A stretch of DNA of 64,000 nt, taken from NCBI RefSeq assembly GCF_018977255.1, contig NW_024704752.1, forward strand, positions 744,001 to 808,000, read 5' to 3'. The DNA comes from Callorhinchus milii (taxonomy: Eukaryota). Position 1 is the first letter of the stretch; each line of letters begins with the position of its first letter. Both the position numbers and the translations under genes were made by a program. This document shows, in pieces, positions 33,201-47,668 of the stretch. The notes beneath the pieces are model-generated. The model saw only the letters and a program-made list of their open reading frames with translations, searched no databases and was not told the origin of the DNA.

Positions 33201-36200
33201 ATCGTGGCTTTTGCTGCCTCAGGGGAAATGCGGATATTACTCAAAGAAATTATACGACAAAACGTCACTGGAATTCAGTGGATAGGAACTGAGGCCTGGA
33301 TAACAGCACAGATTATTTCTCCAGATGAGACCTTAAGATTTCTCACTGGGACAATTGGCACTTCAATTCCTTTGTTCGAAGTAAAAGGATTGCGAGAATT
33401 TCTGCTTCAAATTCATCCTTCTGGGTTTCCCGGAAATAGTTTAGTGAAGGAGTTTTGGGAAACTGCGTTCCAATGTATTTTCTGGTCAGGAAACACAAGC
33501 CAAATAACTGCAGCATCTACATTGCAACAATGCACCGGCCAAGAAAAACTATCAGCTCTGCACAATGCATATTCTGAGGTATCTATGGATGGAAGTTCCT
33601 ACAATGTATATAAAGCAGTGTACGCTGTGGCTCATGCACTTCACAATATGATCTTGTGTGAGAAAGGAAAAGGACCATTTATAAACAACACCTGTGCACA
33701 TGTATCCAATCTTCAACCATGGCAGGTAAGGAAATGTTTAATAAGTCAACAGATCTACTTTCCTGTCAAATTTCCACATTGCTTAATTGTAAATTATTTG
33801 CATGTTTCACACAGCATTTAACTTGACCTTCGCCTATCAGAAGATATCACTCAGAAATATGGTTCGAAAAAAGATCTTCAAAAGTTTGATGAGAGATATG
33901 ACATTATAACCAATAAACCATGTATTTTATATTTTTGCAAAGTTACTTCATTACCTACAGTCAGTGAATTTCACAACGACATCCGGCGACAGGGTTTATT
34001 TTGATGAAAATGGAGATCCAATGGCCACGTACGACTTGTTAAACTGGGGAATCAATTCGAGAGGCGCTGCTGAAATTCGTGTTATTGGCTTCTACGATGG
34101 CTCTGCTTCTCCTGGTCATGAACTCACTTTGGATGAGGAGGCTATTGTGTGGAGCAGTTGTCAAAAAATGGTATATATTTCTTATCAGTTTAGATTAATT
34201 CTGGTTTTAAAATAATATAATTTTAAAAATGTTAAAAACAATTAATAGGGATCATGAAAGGCAGCCATTGTGAATACCAGAGCTCGAAGTGACCAGTAAT
34301 CTTATTTTGTATCTCATGCATTTATTAAATTATTGTCGCTCATTTCTGAACTCTACGCAAAACAAATAGGATTGAAATTTCAAATATTAAACAGCTGATA
34401 AATCGTTGATAAATGTGTCCAGAGTTCTCCTTTAGGCTTTGGAGTTCTTGGGCATGAAAAGGAATGCGCTTTTTTTCTAACTCATTAACAAGCGCCAGGA
34501 GCAATTAATGAGTTGGACATGTGTTAAAACCTCCACATTATCAGCTGTCTCCACGACTATCTCTCCCCATTCCCGTGACGCGACACTGACCTGCAAAGCA
34601 GGCCGAGAGGCAGAGGAATCTTCATGGTAGGCATCTCTTTCCAATGGCCCCTAACATCAGTTACCACCATTAAGCAATGTAAGAAGATGTCCCGTGTGTG
34701 TCTTTTCTATTTCTTGTAATCAAGAACAGACCGAGTTGGGAGTACAGCTGCTGGGATTCCGGGTTGAGGAGCACATGGTTACATGTCAAGGACATTGTAC
34801 CAGCTTCATTGGTATGGGGAGAGCCACGTTGCTCCTGAAGATGGGCATCTCAAAATGGTGGAAGTACTGCTCAATGTCAAGGTGTAGAAGCTGAAGGCAT
34901 TTGTACATTTTAGGTTAGTTTTACTCTTCTGGTGATGTGTTGCTGTCATAGTAATCCTCATCGTGCTGCACCTGAGATGTTTCTGGAACCGTTATCCAAT
35001 TAGCAATGTGCTCACGTCCGATGTCTAATGACCAATGACTGATTTTACTGCCTGGAGAGAGGTAAATGGAGTGTACTTGAGTTTCAGTTGCGTCCAAGGC
35101 AACATTGCAGCCAATCGAAGATTGGAGTCGACTCTGTGTGGCTGTCCAGGTAGATCAGTGCGTGTCAGGCAATTACAAGGCACCAAGAGGAGAAAGTTAC
35201 AGGAACCTTTAGCACTAGTTAACTTCCGGAACATTTGTTTTAAATACCTGTATGCTGGCACTATAGTATTCGACAATGTTCATTTCTACACTCAGGTTCC
35301 ACGTGCGGTTTGCAGTGAGAGCTGTGTTCCTGGAACAAGAAAAGTTGCCAGAAAAGGCCAACCCGTGTGTTGCTTTGACTGTACAGAATGTGCTGAGGGA
35401 GAAATCAGCAAAATCACAGGTGAGTGTAAAATTCCTCTTCCTATTTGCAACAACCATTTGTCCTCCACACAGGGTAGCGTCTCAGAGCGCTTAACTGTGG
35501 CGGAGCCTGACTCTGATCTGGGCGTGGATAGCTGTCAGCACTGGCGAACACGAAAGAGGGGAGAGAGGGGTTGAGGTGGAAGGATTGAGGAAGAGTGTTC
35601 CAGAGTTTAGGGGAGTAGCAGCTGAAAGCACAACGTCCAATGGTGGGGCAGTGGGTGTGGGCGTTGAGCAGGAGGCTGGTGCCAGTCGATTTGGGAGTGA
35701 GGGGGTCGGAAGTGTAGGGAATTGCCAGGGAGTGAATGGATTTGAACATGAGAGTGAGATCTTGACGTTGATCCGTTCGGTGATGGGGAGCGAGTGGAAC
35801 CTGGGCCACAACTGGTGAGATGTGGAGATTGGTCCGGCTCCATATGCGGGCGGCAGAGTTTTGAATCAGCTGATCTTGTGAATGGTGGAGCTGGGGAGAC
35901 AGGAGAAGTGTTTTGGAGCAATCCAACCTGGAAGTGACAAACACGTGCACGAGGATTTTGGCTGCATTTCGGTAAGGTACGGTCGGAAGTGGGCAATATG
36001 GCAGAGGTGGAAGCAATCTGTTTTGATCAGGGACCTAATGTGGGGGAGGATGGACAGTTGGGGGTGGAACTGGACGCCGAGGTTGCGCACTGGTACAGTG
36101 AGTCTGAGGAAGAGCCCAGGAAGGCTGAGGAGTTGAGATCCACAGGAGATTTTCGAAAACTCCCTTTAGTAATATTCATGCCATACTTACTGAATTATTG

Positions 36201-37123
36201 TACCTTTCCCAGATTCCACAGACTGCATTAAATGCCCTGAACAATATTGGCCCAATCAGCAGAGAGATCGTTGCCTACCAAAGGAAATAGAGTTCCTCTC
36301 CTTTACCGAAATGCTGGGAGGTGTATTGCTGACATTGGCTCTGGTGGGAGTGAGCACCACAATAAGTATTGCCATTGTCTTCTTCACACACAGAGACACT
36401 CCTATTGTTAAAGCCAACAATTCTGAGCTCAGCTATCTGCTTCTCTTTGCATTAACGCTGTGTTTTCTGTGCTCAGTGACTTTCATTGGCGAGCCCTCAG
36501 TCTGGGCTTGCATGTTGTGCCACACAGCATTCGCTATCGCTTTCGTTCTCTGTATTTCCTGTATTTTGATTAAAACAATCCTTGTGATTCTGGCGTTTAA
36601 GGCAACTCTTCCAAACAACAACATGGCCAAATTGTTCGGGCCTGCTCAGCAGCGTTGGAGTGTATTCCTCCTTACCTCTGTTCAGTGCCTGATATGTACT
36701 CTCTGGTTAACTATATCACACCCATTTCCCATGAGAAACACAGAATATTACAGAGAGATTATCATTCTGGAATGTGACCTGGGCTCTGTGAGCGCCTTTT
36801 ATTCTATGGCGGGATATATTGCTTTCCTGGCCGGAGTGAGCTTTGTGCTGGCGTTTCTAGCTCGGAAATTACCTGATAACTTTAATGAGGCTCAGTGTAT
36901 AACCTTTAGCATGCTCATCTTTTGTGCTGTTTGGATCACTTTTATACCAGTTTACATCAGCTCTCCTGGGAAATACACCGTTGCTGTCGAAGTCTTTGCT
37001 ATTTTAGCCTCAAGTTTTGGGTTATTGTTTTGTATTTTTGTTCCTAAATGTTACATTATTTTGATAAAACCTGAAATGAATACTAAAAAACACTTGATGG
37101 GCAAAGTACCTGTAAATAAATAA
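30257..37123 (+). CDS. V2R/OlfC receptor gene C (type II), 6 exons, 865 aa
   Basis: join(30257..30462,31999..32296,32895..33725,33943..34170,35296..35419,36213..37123); sizes 206/298/831/228/124/911, frame intact. Confidence 0.93.
31003..31290 (-). mobile_element. Near full-length Deu-SINE in intron 1 of gene C
   Basis: tRNA-like head CTGTAGCTCAGTGGTTAGAGCACTCGC to L2-like tail TGCAAGGA(TTA)n on the minus strand; tail extends to ~30993. Confidence 0.88.
35447..36150 (-). mobile_element. L2 LINE 3' fragment inserted in intron 5 of gene C
   Basis: Minus strand [21 protein letters not shown]; expands the 99-nt intron 5; same insertion at 56302-57010. Confidence 0.85.
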
Positions 37124-38912
37124 GCACTACCCATTACAGGTATATGATCGTATGCAGCAGAATGTAAACATATCATGTCTTCATTAAAGTCGAAATGAAA
37201 ATAACCATGTAAATTCTTTCATATATATACACTCGTATACGGTATTGTTCATGGTAGGATTGGAATTTGATCACAAGACATTTGATGTTACATTCGAGCC
37301 AACGCTTTGAGGTGAGACACCGACAGGTATACCACTTGTGCGATATGCGCACATTGGCGGGATGCTCCTCAATGACAGAGCAAATGTCCACGTGTGCATT
37401 ACATACCAGTGCGTGTGTGCATTGCCTGCACCGTGTTAGACAGCATTGCCTTCCCCGTTTGGTATCTGGAGACCACTCACATATGTCCACACTGTTTGGA
37501 TACAATTATATTCCATGTATAGCGTCTCCCAATTACACCCGAAAAAAGGAAGCAATACCCACAATGCAATGCATAGCAACGCCCCTTGTTGCGCGATGAG
37601 ATTTTGCAGCTCCATTATGGGAGTGGGGGTGGGGGGTACCCGGGGTCCCCACCTCACGGTCCCAGTACCTTTATCCACAAGGCAAGTCACGCTCAATCTC
37701 TTTGGTGCACATGTGGAAACCCATCACTATCCTGAACAGTATCCAAACCAAACTGAGATTGGTATATATCCACCTACACTGGAAATACTAGAGAAAAGAT
37801 TGTTCGAATGCAATGAGCGCTCTCTGTCTGGAGGGAAGCATCCTGCTGACCTTGCTTACAGATGCAATTTGGCCAGAGCCAAGGCTTGGGGACACCAGAG
37901 TGTACGTTGCGGTAACTGCTGGTTTCTAACCACCTAAAACCACATAGCTTGGCATTGGTATCGCTGTCTGCCACCCCCCTGCCCCATTCAAATTTCTGCC
38001 CCTTCTACACCCCACACTCCACTACTCCTGAGGCCCATCGTGGTTCTCGGCAATATTTGTCACAAAGCAGCCACCCCAACTACCCCATTGCCCATTCTCC
38101 ATCCATCACCTTCCTCGCGCATCTGCCTTAACTGCATCCATCCTCACTTCTAATGCCAAGTACGAAGAAGTCCACACCCTCTTTCTACCACGGACATTAC
38201 CAGTCCTCCCTCCCTACACTCTTTTGGTTCAAGTACTTACACTTCCCTCTTCAAAAATCCCACCCTTGACCCCTCCAACTTCGTAAATTACCGAACTATT
38301 TCCAATCTGCCCTTCCTTTCCAAAGCTCTGGAATAATTTGTTGCTAACCAGCTTTGCTCTCACCTCTGCCTCCATTCCCTCTTTGAGCCACTCCGGCCTG
38401 CGTTCCACCCTCCTAATAGCACAGAGGACGCACTTGTCAAAGTCAATAACGACAAACTCTGTCTCTGTGATCAGGGATCCCTCTGCCTCCTCGTCCCTCT
38501 GGACATCTACGCAGTAATCGATACAGTTGGCCACTCCATTATCATCCACTGCCCCTCCTCCTTCATCCACCTCAGAGGGATTGCTCTAGTCTGGTTCGAG
38601 CCCTATAAATGTACTTCTCCTCTTCCAGCTGAGACTCCAGATCTGCCGATGTTCTCTCGACTTGTCTGGCAGGGCCTGGGTGAGCTAAAACTTCCTACAA
38701 CTAAATGTTGACAAGATGGAAGCCATACTCATTGGCTCCCATCAACATATTCTATCCTGCGACTCTAACCTGATTAACCTTCCTGGTCTTTCCACTAAAC
38801 TTACCGAAATAGTGCGCAACCAAGGCGTCAGGTTTGACACACAGCCATCCTTTCTTCCCCAACTCCGGTCCCGGACCAGGACCAACTTCCTCCATCTCCA
38901 CCACATTGCCGT

Positions 38913-39122
38913 TGCGGATTGAAGTGATCAATTATTTTTTGAAGGAAATATTACCCCCAGAAAAGTGATTTGCCAATCCACTAACAACCAGGTTCCTACT
39001 TACTGCGAGGCAAATGGAGGCATGTGGAGTAAGGAAACTTGCCTGACATTTTGCCCTGTCGAGAATCCAACCCAGGTCTCTCGTTTGTGAGGCGAGTACT
39101 CTAACCACTGAGCTACAGGACT
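38913..39122 (-). mobile_element. tRNA-derived SINE, 5' half
   Basis: Ends CTCTAACCACTGAGCTACAGGAC (reverse complement of head). Confidence 0.8.
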
Positions 39123-39777
39123 TCACATAACAAAGGATAGTATTACTTTAGGTTTGCTACTGTCTGATGAGATTCAATATGCTTTGTGCGAAAAAAGCCA
39201 AACTTCTGATCCAATTTCTACCAGTTCACATTTCATTGGCACAACTGATATCACATTCTTATTAATTATTTATTTTTCTAATTACTAATGTGTATTTTGT
39301 GTGTATTATCTTTAGTCTGTACATTATGTATATATATAGTTAAGGCAAACAAATGAAAAGAATGGAAATTTTTAACACGGTACAGAAAATACATAAGCCA
39401 CTGGCCAGCGCCTTGGGACCTCCTCCTGACGTGAAAAGGTCTAACAAATGTTAATTGTTTTTGCTGTTGTTAATCAGAAGATTCCTGTGTTAAAAGAAAA
39501 ATAGCACCAGTAACATTGATCAATTTGCCTGTAGTTATTTGAAAGACATAAACAAGTCCATGTGGTCTCCAGCGTCCTGTTTCCATTTCCAAGGTGAGGA
39601 GATTCTTATCCATTGGGATTATCACGATGTACCTATGGTTTGCATTGTTAAATCTGTTTGAATGAGAAAATTGACCCACAAATCATTGCAAAGAGAATGT
39701 ACTATATATATCTGCACAATTAACAGCCAGGATTCAAATAGAGAGACAATCAGCACCTGTTTCCGAAACGTATTACA

Positions 39778-42700
39778 ATGTACCGTCTATTTTTGTGCTT
39801 ACTCTTTGCTAGTTCTATGTGGGAATCAAATGAAGAGACCTGCAAACTACAAGGAAAGTTTAATTTACCCCAAATATCGAAAGATGGCGATATCGTTCTA
39901 GGGGGGATTTTTAGTCTACACTCTGGTCGATTAATTCAAATTAATTCTTGTTTTACTGCACCCGAAGAAACAAAATGCAGAAGGTGAGCTCTGTAATCTG
40001 ATGGAACATGGTCTGTTTTTCTACTGTTTGTAGAGCAATCACTCCCAGGTCCCTCACGATGGGATTTCGATAACTAAATTGCGATCACAAAATATTTCAA
40101 CAAGTTAATTATTTCATGTAACGACATCAGTGGCTGGAGAAGGTAATTGCGCATATATATTATCAAATATTGTAATTTCCACTAAGTGCTCATAAAATAC
40201 CTCACCCTATTTTCGGTTTCCTTTCTTTGCATCAATGTGCTGTCCTGTCAACCTAGTTTCATTATGATAATCCTTATCTTTGCTACAGTGCATTTCACGT
40301 TGGTTACACCCCTCAAAGCTCTTGATATAGGATATACTATAAACTATTGCGATGGTGTTTTGTGGGCAAAGTTTGTTTACAACAATGTCTCACAAACAGC
40401 CATGAAGTGAATGATCAATTTTATCGGTGGATTGTTGGCCAAGACACTGAAATAAACTCTTCCCTTTCAGAAGTACTCTTAATCTTGAGCCAGATGATTC
40501 AAGCCCTATGTTGTGACTCTGAAGTTATTAAATTCTAAGATCATACAATGATCTTTGTATTTGAAAAAGCAGCGTTCTCAATATGAAATACCAATGCAGT
40601 GGTGAGGGATGATAATCCCTCAAGAAAGAAAACAATAATAAACAGGTAATTTCAATCTACAACTGTGGGACACTGCTGTGCACAATCAGCTGCTGCATTT
40701 CGCCCATAAAATTACGGTCAATTCACTTTACAGTATATTCTGTGAAGCTTTTTGAGACGTCTAGAAGACGTGAAAATGCAAGTATATCAATTGCAAGTAT
40801 TATTATTATTATTATTATTAATGCTGGAGAAGCCCTATTGTCGGAGATTGTGTCCTTCTGAAGAAACCTTAAACTGATGTCACACCAGCCTTTTCAGGTG
40901 AATGTTGAAGATTTCATAGCACTATTTGAAAAGAGAAGGGAGTTTATTCTATTGATACAGACAATCACTTCACGGCTGTGTGTGGGTCATTGCTGTGTGC
41001 TCTGAGCGCTCTGAGACACTACGCTGCGTGGAGGACACTATATAAGTGCTCGTTGTTATTGTTGTGTAAGTTGGCTGCTGGGTTAGTCAACTAATAAAAT
41101 CACAATTTTCCTTCGTAAAAGTCCAGTGTAGTTTCGAATTACTTTCCAATTTTCAGATATCAATAGTGAGAAGTTCTTAGAGCCATTGGTGTATCTGAGT
41201 AACTACAACTCTACAGCAGGGACATCAACATAAGATAGCCAACAATAAATCAAATAGGGAAGTCAGAATAAACCTCTTTACCCACAGAGTGGTGGGAATG
41301 TGGAACGTTCCCACCAGGAGTAGTTGAGGTGAATAGGAAAGATGTATTTGAAGGGAAGCTAATTACGTACATGAGGGAGAAAGGAATAGAAGATTCTGCT
41401 GATAGGCTTATTGACGAAGGGCAGGAAGAGGTTCATGTGGAACATAAATGCCAGTTTAGATGAGTTGGGCTGAATGGCCTGTTTCTGTGGTGTATATTCT
41501 ATGTAATTCTATGACATTTCATGCTGCTCATTTTCAACTCGTTCTATGCTAATTTTGCAGAAGAATTTAACATCAAAATACATTTTACCTTTTTGCAGAG
41601 TAGCGACACAGAGCACTTATTTTGAGCGTAACAGACTGACATTTCTGTCTCCTCTTTATTTCCCATCATTGTACAAAATAGCGATATTGAGCGATTATCT
41701 AATTCATCTGTTTATTGCCCAGTTTTGATTTCAGAGTCTTTCGCCTTGTGAACACAATGATTTTTGCAATTGAGGAAATAAACGAGAACAGTGCGATACT
41801 CCCGAATGTTACACTGGGCTATACCATTTATGATGACTGTGGGTCTCCCACCATTACTACTAAGGTAGCTCTGGGTCTCATGAATGGTCAAAAGGAAGAA
41901 GAAATAGAGAGCGGCGATGACTGTCAAGAATCTCCCAGTATCCCAGCTCTAGTTGGTGCTGACGGATCCTCAGAATCCATGGCAGTGGCAAGATTAATAG
42001 CTCCTTTCAGAATTCCAATGGTAAGTTCACATAATTAGTTACTGGTTATTACTTGGTAAATTACAATTTAGCAAAATAAAACTAAATCCTATACAAACAA
42101 TAAAATTAGAACAAATATTGCACATAGAAATTATAGTAACAAATGTTAGTGCATTCAATGTTTTAGTTCTGCAAAATAAACCAAACAAATCTGTTCTACG
42201 AACGTTCATTAATACACAATGTGTGGGGGGGATTTTACTAAATTTATGATGGATCCCTCCTTTAAGCCAACAATAACAACAACAAAAATACACAGCACTT
42301 TGCATTTACATAGCGCATTTCATGTTAGTAGAACTTCCCGACGCGCATTCGAGTTGGGGATTGGAGTCAAAGGGGATGGAGGGCAAGTAGGGGTGGTGTG
42401 TGGAGCTGGGAGGATGACCGAAGATATGGTCAAAGAGGAAGATCTTTAGATGGGCCTTGATGGAGCCGAAGAATGGAGCAAAATGGAGGAGCTCCAGAAC
42501 ATGCAGTTAGAAAGGCGGATTCAAGAATGCTCAAGCTTGTATATTTGTTGGCAATGGTTCAAGGTACTTAGATTACGAAAGTTATATTCTGATTCATGAT
42601 CTGCCTTCACTTATTTTGTCGACTGCAGGTCAGCTACTTTTCCACATGTGCTTGCCTCAGTGATAGGAAAGAATATCCCACGTTTTACAGAACTATACCC

Positions 42701-45700
42701 AGTGACTACCATCAGTCCAAGGTTTTAGCTCAAATCATTAAGAAGTTTGGATGGACGTGGATTGGGACTATCAGAAGCAACAATGACTATGGTAACTTTG
42801 GAATGCAGGCATTTGTAGACATTGCGCAGGAACTTGGCATTTGCATTGCCTTCTCGGAATCATTTCACAGAGCTGAATCTCTTGAAAAGATAAGAAAAAT
42901 TGTAAATATAATGAAATCATCAACAACTAAAGTGATCGTGGCTTTTGCTGCCCCGGCTGAAATGCAGATATTACTCAAAGAAATTATACGACAAAACGTC
43001 ACTGGAATTCAGTGGATAGGAACTGAGGCCTGGATAACAGCACAGATTATTTCTCCAGATGAGACCTTAAGATTTCTCACTGGGACAATTGGCCCTTCAA
43101 TTACTTTGTTTGAAGTAAAAGGATTGCGAGAATTTCTGCTTAAAATTCATCCTTCTGGGTTTCCCGGAAATAGTTTAGTGAAGGAGTTTTGGGAAACTGC
43201 GTTCCAATGTATTTTCTGGTCAGGAAACACAAGCCAAATAACTGCAACATCTACATTGCAACAATGCACCGGCCAAGAAAAACTATCAGCTCTGCACAAT
43301 GCATATTCTGAGGTATCCATGGATGGAAGTTCCTACAATGTATATAAAGCAGTGTACGCTGTGGCTCATGCACTTCACAATATGATCTTGTGTGAGAAAG
43401 GAAAAGGACCATTTATAAACAACACCTGTGCACATGTATCCAATCTTCAACCATGGCAGGTAAGGAAATGTTTAATAAGTCAACAGATCTACTTTCCTGT
43501 CAAATTTCCACATTGCTTAATTGTAAATTATTTGCATGTTTCACACAGCATTTAACTTGACCTTCGCCTATCAGAAGATATCACTCAGAAATATGGTTCG
43601 AAAAAAGATCTTCAAAAGTTTGATGAGAGATATGACATTATAACCAATAAACCATGTATTTTATATTTTTGCAAAGTTACTTCATTACCTACAGTCAGTG
43701 AATTTCACAACGACATCCGGCGACAGGGTTTATTTTGATGAAAATGGAGATCCAATGGCCACGTACGACTTGTTAAACTGGGGAATCAATTCGAGAGGCG
43801 CTGCTGAAATTCGTGTTATTGGCTTCTACGATGGCTCTGCTTCTCCTGGTCATGAACTCACTTTGGATGAGGAGGCTATTGAGTGGAGCAGTCATCAAAA
43901 AATGGTATTTTTTTATTAGTTTGGATTAATTGTGGTATTAAAATGAAAATAATTTGAAAAATATAAAGAAAAGTTAGTAAGAATGGTGAAAGGCAGCCAT
44001 TGTGTATATCAGAGGTTGAACCTTATAGTATACCTAATGTGTTTATTAAATTATTGTCCCCAATTTCCAAACCCTACACTAAACAATTAGGGTTTAAGTT
44101 TCAAATATAACAGCTGATTAAACCCAAGATTTGTCCAGAGGTTTCCGTTAAGCTTTGAACTTCCTGGGCATGAAAAGCAATGGGATTTTTCTCCAACTCA
44201 TTACCGAGCTCCAGGACCAATTAATGAGGTGGACATGTGTTATCAGCTGCCTGCACAGCTGTCTCTCCCCACCTGTGAGACGACACTGACTGCGAAGCAG
44301 GACCGAGAGGCAGTGGAAGCTTCCTATCAGGCATCTCCTCCCGAGGGCCACTTATATGAGTGACCTTCATTAAGGAATGTAAGAAGATTTCCAGTTTGTG
44401 TCCTTTCAGCACCTGGAGGCAGCAAACCTTGTAATCAATAATGAACAGGTAGAGTTGGGAGGACAGCTGCTGGGATTCCGGGCTGGTGAGCACATGGTTA
44501 CATATCAAGGGCATTGTACCAGCTTCACTAGTTTGTGGAGATATTAGTTGCTCCTGAAGATGGGCATCTCAAAATGGTGGAACTCCCATTGAATATGGAA
44601 GGTGTAAAGGCTGGAGGCTTTTGTAGGTTGTTTGTGATGCTCATCATGCATCACCTGAGATGTTTCTGGTACTCGATATCCACTTAGGAATGTGCTCACA
44701 TCAGATGTTGAATGAAAAACTCCTGGCTTTACAGCATGGAAACAGGTAAATGGAGTATACTTGAGTTTGGAGATTGGAGTCACTTGGAGACACATTACTG
44801 GTACCTGCAGAACGAGCTAATTTTCCAAACATTTGTTTTAAATACCTCTATGTTTGGACGAGATTATTCAAAAAGAACATTTCTCTGCTAAGGTTCCACG
44901 TGCGGTTTGCAGCGAGAGCTGTATTCCTGGGACAAGAAAAGTTGCCAGAAAAGGCCAACCCGTGTGTTGCTTTGACTGTACAGAATGTGCTGAGGGAGAA
45001 ATCAGCAACATCACAGGTGAGTGTGAAATTCCTCTTCCTATTTAACGCTTTTCTTTCAAAAACTCCCTTTCGTAATATTCATGCCATACTTACTGAATTA
45101 TCGCACCTTTCCCAGATTCCACAGACTGCATTAAATGCCCTGAACAATATTGGCCCAATCAGCAGAGAGATCGTTGCCTACCAAAGGAAATAGAGTTCCT
45201 CTCCTTTACCGAAATGCTGGGAGGTGTATTGCTGACATTGGCTCTGGTGGGAGTGAGCACCACAATAAGTATTACCATTGTCTTCTTCACACACAGAGAC
45301 ACTCCTATTGTTAAAGCCAACAATTCTGAGCTCAGCTATCTGCTTCTCTTTGCATTAACGCTGTGTTTTCTGTGCTCAGTGACTTTCATTGGCGAGCCCT
45401 CAGTCTGGGCTTGCATGTTGTGCCACACAGCATTCGCTATCGCTTTCGTTCTCTGTATTTCCTGTATTTTGATTAAAACAATCCTTGTGATTCTGGCGTT
45501 TAAGGCAACTCTTCCAAACAACAACATGGCCAAATTGTTCGGGCCTGCTCAGCAGCGTTGGAGTGTATTCCTCCTTACCTCTGTTCAGTGCCTGATATGT
45601 ACTCTCTGGTTAACTATATCACACCCATTTCCCATGAGAAACACAGAATATTACAGAGAGATTATCATTCTGGAATGTGACCTGGGCTCTGTGAGCGCCT

Positions 45701-46026
45701 TTTATTCTATGGCGGGATATATTGCTTTCCTGGCCGGAGTGAGCTTTGTGCTGGCGTTTCTAGCTCGGAAATTACCTGATAACTTTAATGAGGCTCAATG
45801 TATAACCTTTAGCATGCTCATCTTTTGTGCTGTTTGGATCACTTTTATACCAGTTTACATCAGCTCTCCTGGGAAATACACTGTTGCTGTCGAAGTCTTT
45901 GCTATTTTAGCCTCGAGTTTTGGGTTATTGTTTTGTATTTTTGTTCCTAAATGTTACATTATTTTGATAAAACCAGAAATGAATACCAAAAAACACTTGA
46001 TGGGCAAAGTGCCTGTAAATAAATAA
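39778..46026 (+). CDS. V2R/OlfC receptor gene D (type II), 6 exons, 865 aa
   Basis: join(39778..39983,41723..42020,42629..43459,43677..43904,44893..45016,45116..46026); sizes 206/298/831/228/124/911, frame intact. Confidence 0.93.
40610..40820 (+). mobile_element. Deu-SINE 3' half in intron 1 of gene D
   Basis: GGGACACTGCTGTGCACAATCAGCTGCTGC core and (TTA)n tail; absent at the homologous site in gene C (~31460). Confidence 0.78.
41220..41513 (+). mobile_element. CR1-type 3' end fragment in intron 1 of gene D
   Basis: AGAGTGGTGGGAATGTGGAAC...TTGGGCTGAATGGCCTGTTTCTGTG...ATTCTATG tail; absent in C and F. Confidence 0.7.
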
Positions 46027-46344
46027 GCATTGCCCATTACAGGTTTAATTTGGGAAGAACAATAAAGTTAATACTTAAAACGTTAATGCCTTCATTAAAT
46101 GCAAAAAAACACACATAAACTGTGTCATATATAATGTGTCATATTTGTAATGCGATTCATAAGATGTCTCATATGTGTAATGGAATTGGTGCTTCGGAGC
46201 ATTTTCACATAATCTGGTAATGACTGCCTAAATATCTTACATTTAATGTTGCATTTGAGCTAAAGATAATGTAATACTTTGCATTCCAATCTCGGGTTAT
46301 TGCTGTCGAGGACAGACGATTTGGTGTCAATTTGGTGTCAGTGA

Positions 46345-47668
46345 CCCATCACTGTTCTCAAATTACCGCCCCATCTCCAACCTCCATTTCCTTCCCAAGG
46401 TCCTGGAAAGAGTCTTTGCTTCCCAGCTTCGCTCCTTCCTCTCCTGCCACTCCCTTCACAAAACCCTCCAATCGGGTTTCCGTGCCACCTGCAGCACAGA
46501 AACAGCTTTGGTCAAATTGACACATGACATTTTGTGCGTCTGCAACCAGGGCTCACTCTGCCTTCTAGTCCTTCTTGACCTCTCTGCTGCCTTCGAGAAC
46601 CATTGACCACTCTACCCTCCTCCACCGGCTCTCCTGTCACCTCAACCTTCATGGTTCTGTCCTTCAATGGTTCAGATCCTACTTCTCACACCGTCTCCAC
46701 TTCATCTCCACAACCGGTTTCTCTTCCGGCCCCCGTACCGTCTTGTATGGCGTTCCTTGGGGAGCTGAACTTGGTCGCCACCTTTTCAATATCTATGTGC
46801 TCCCTCGTTGTGACATCATCTACGGACATGGGGTCAACTTCCACATATATACAGATGACACCCAACTCTATTTCTCTGCCTCCACCCTGGACTCTAGGAT
46901 CCCTGCTGTCCTGAAGGAATGTCTGTAAGACATTGTGTCCTGAATGAGAGCTAACTTTCTACATTTGAACGGCAATAAAACCGAGACTCTGCTGATTGTC
47001 AGTGCCTCCACACCTCAGGCGCTGACAGCATCACCATCCAAGGATGCACACTCCATCTCACTGGGCCAGTCTGGAACCTTGGCATCTTGTTTGACCATCA
47101 ACTATCTTTTCTACCCCACATCCATGCATGTTGTCATGTCTCGCTCTGGCTTCCCCCAGCTCCACAACATCGCCTGGTTCCATCACTGTCTCACACCACA
47201 GGCCACCTCATACACACTTTCATAACATCCAGGCTTGACTATACAAACTCCTTGCTTATCGGCCTCCCCAACTCTTCCCTCCATATGCTGCAGATCATTC
47301 AGAACTCTGAAGCCCATTTTTTCTCCAGCACCAGGATCCGTGACCTTATCATCCCCATCCTCGCTCGACTTCACTTTCTTCCCATCACACAGGATACAGT
47401 TCAAGATCCTGTTCCTCACTTTCAAAGCCCTACACAAACTTGATTCCCCCTACCTCTGCGACCTCCTAACCCCTTACTAAAGTGCCCACTTCCTCCAATC
47501 AGTGGACTCCAGCCTGCTTCATTTCCCCACCTCGCCTGCCCCACCATTGGTGGGTAGGCCTTCAGCCACTCTGCCCCACCCTCAGGATCACCACATCGCA
47601 GTCCCTCCACCTCGCTCCCTCCCTTGTCTCCTTCAAGACCAATCTCAAGACTCTCCTCTTCGACCGTG
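46345..47668 (+). mobile_element. Degenerate L2 LINE (segmental duplicate of 16305-17630)
   Basis: Nearly identical sequence and shared inactivating changes. Confidence 0.85.

Noticed and set aside
34400-35050. Possible DNA-transposase remnant in intron 4 of C, D and E
   Set aside because: No convincing catalytic motif or terminal repeats by eye; left unclassified
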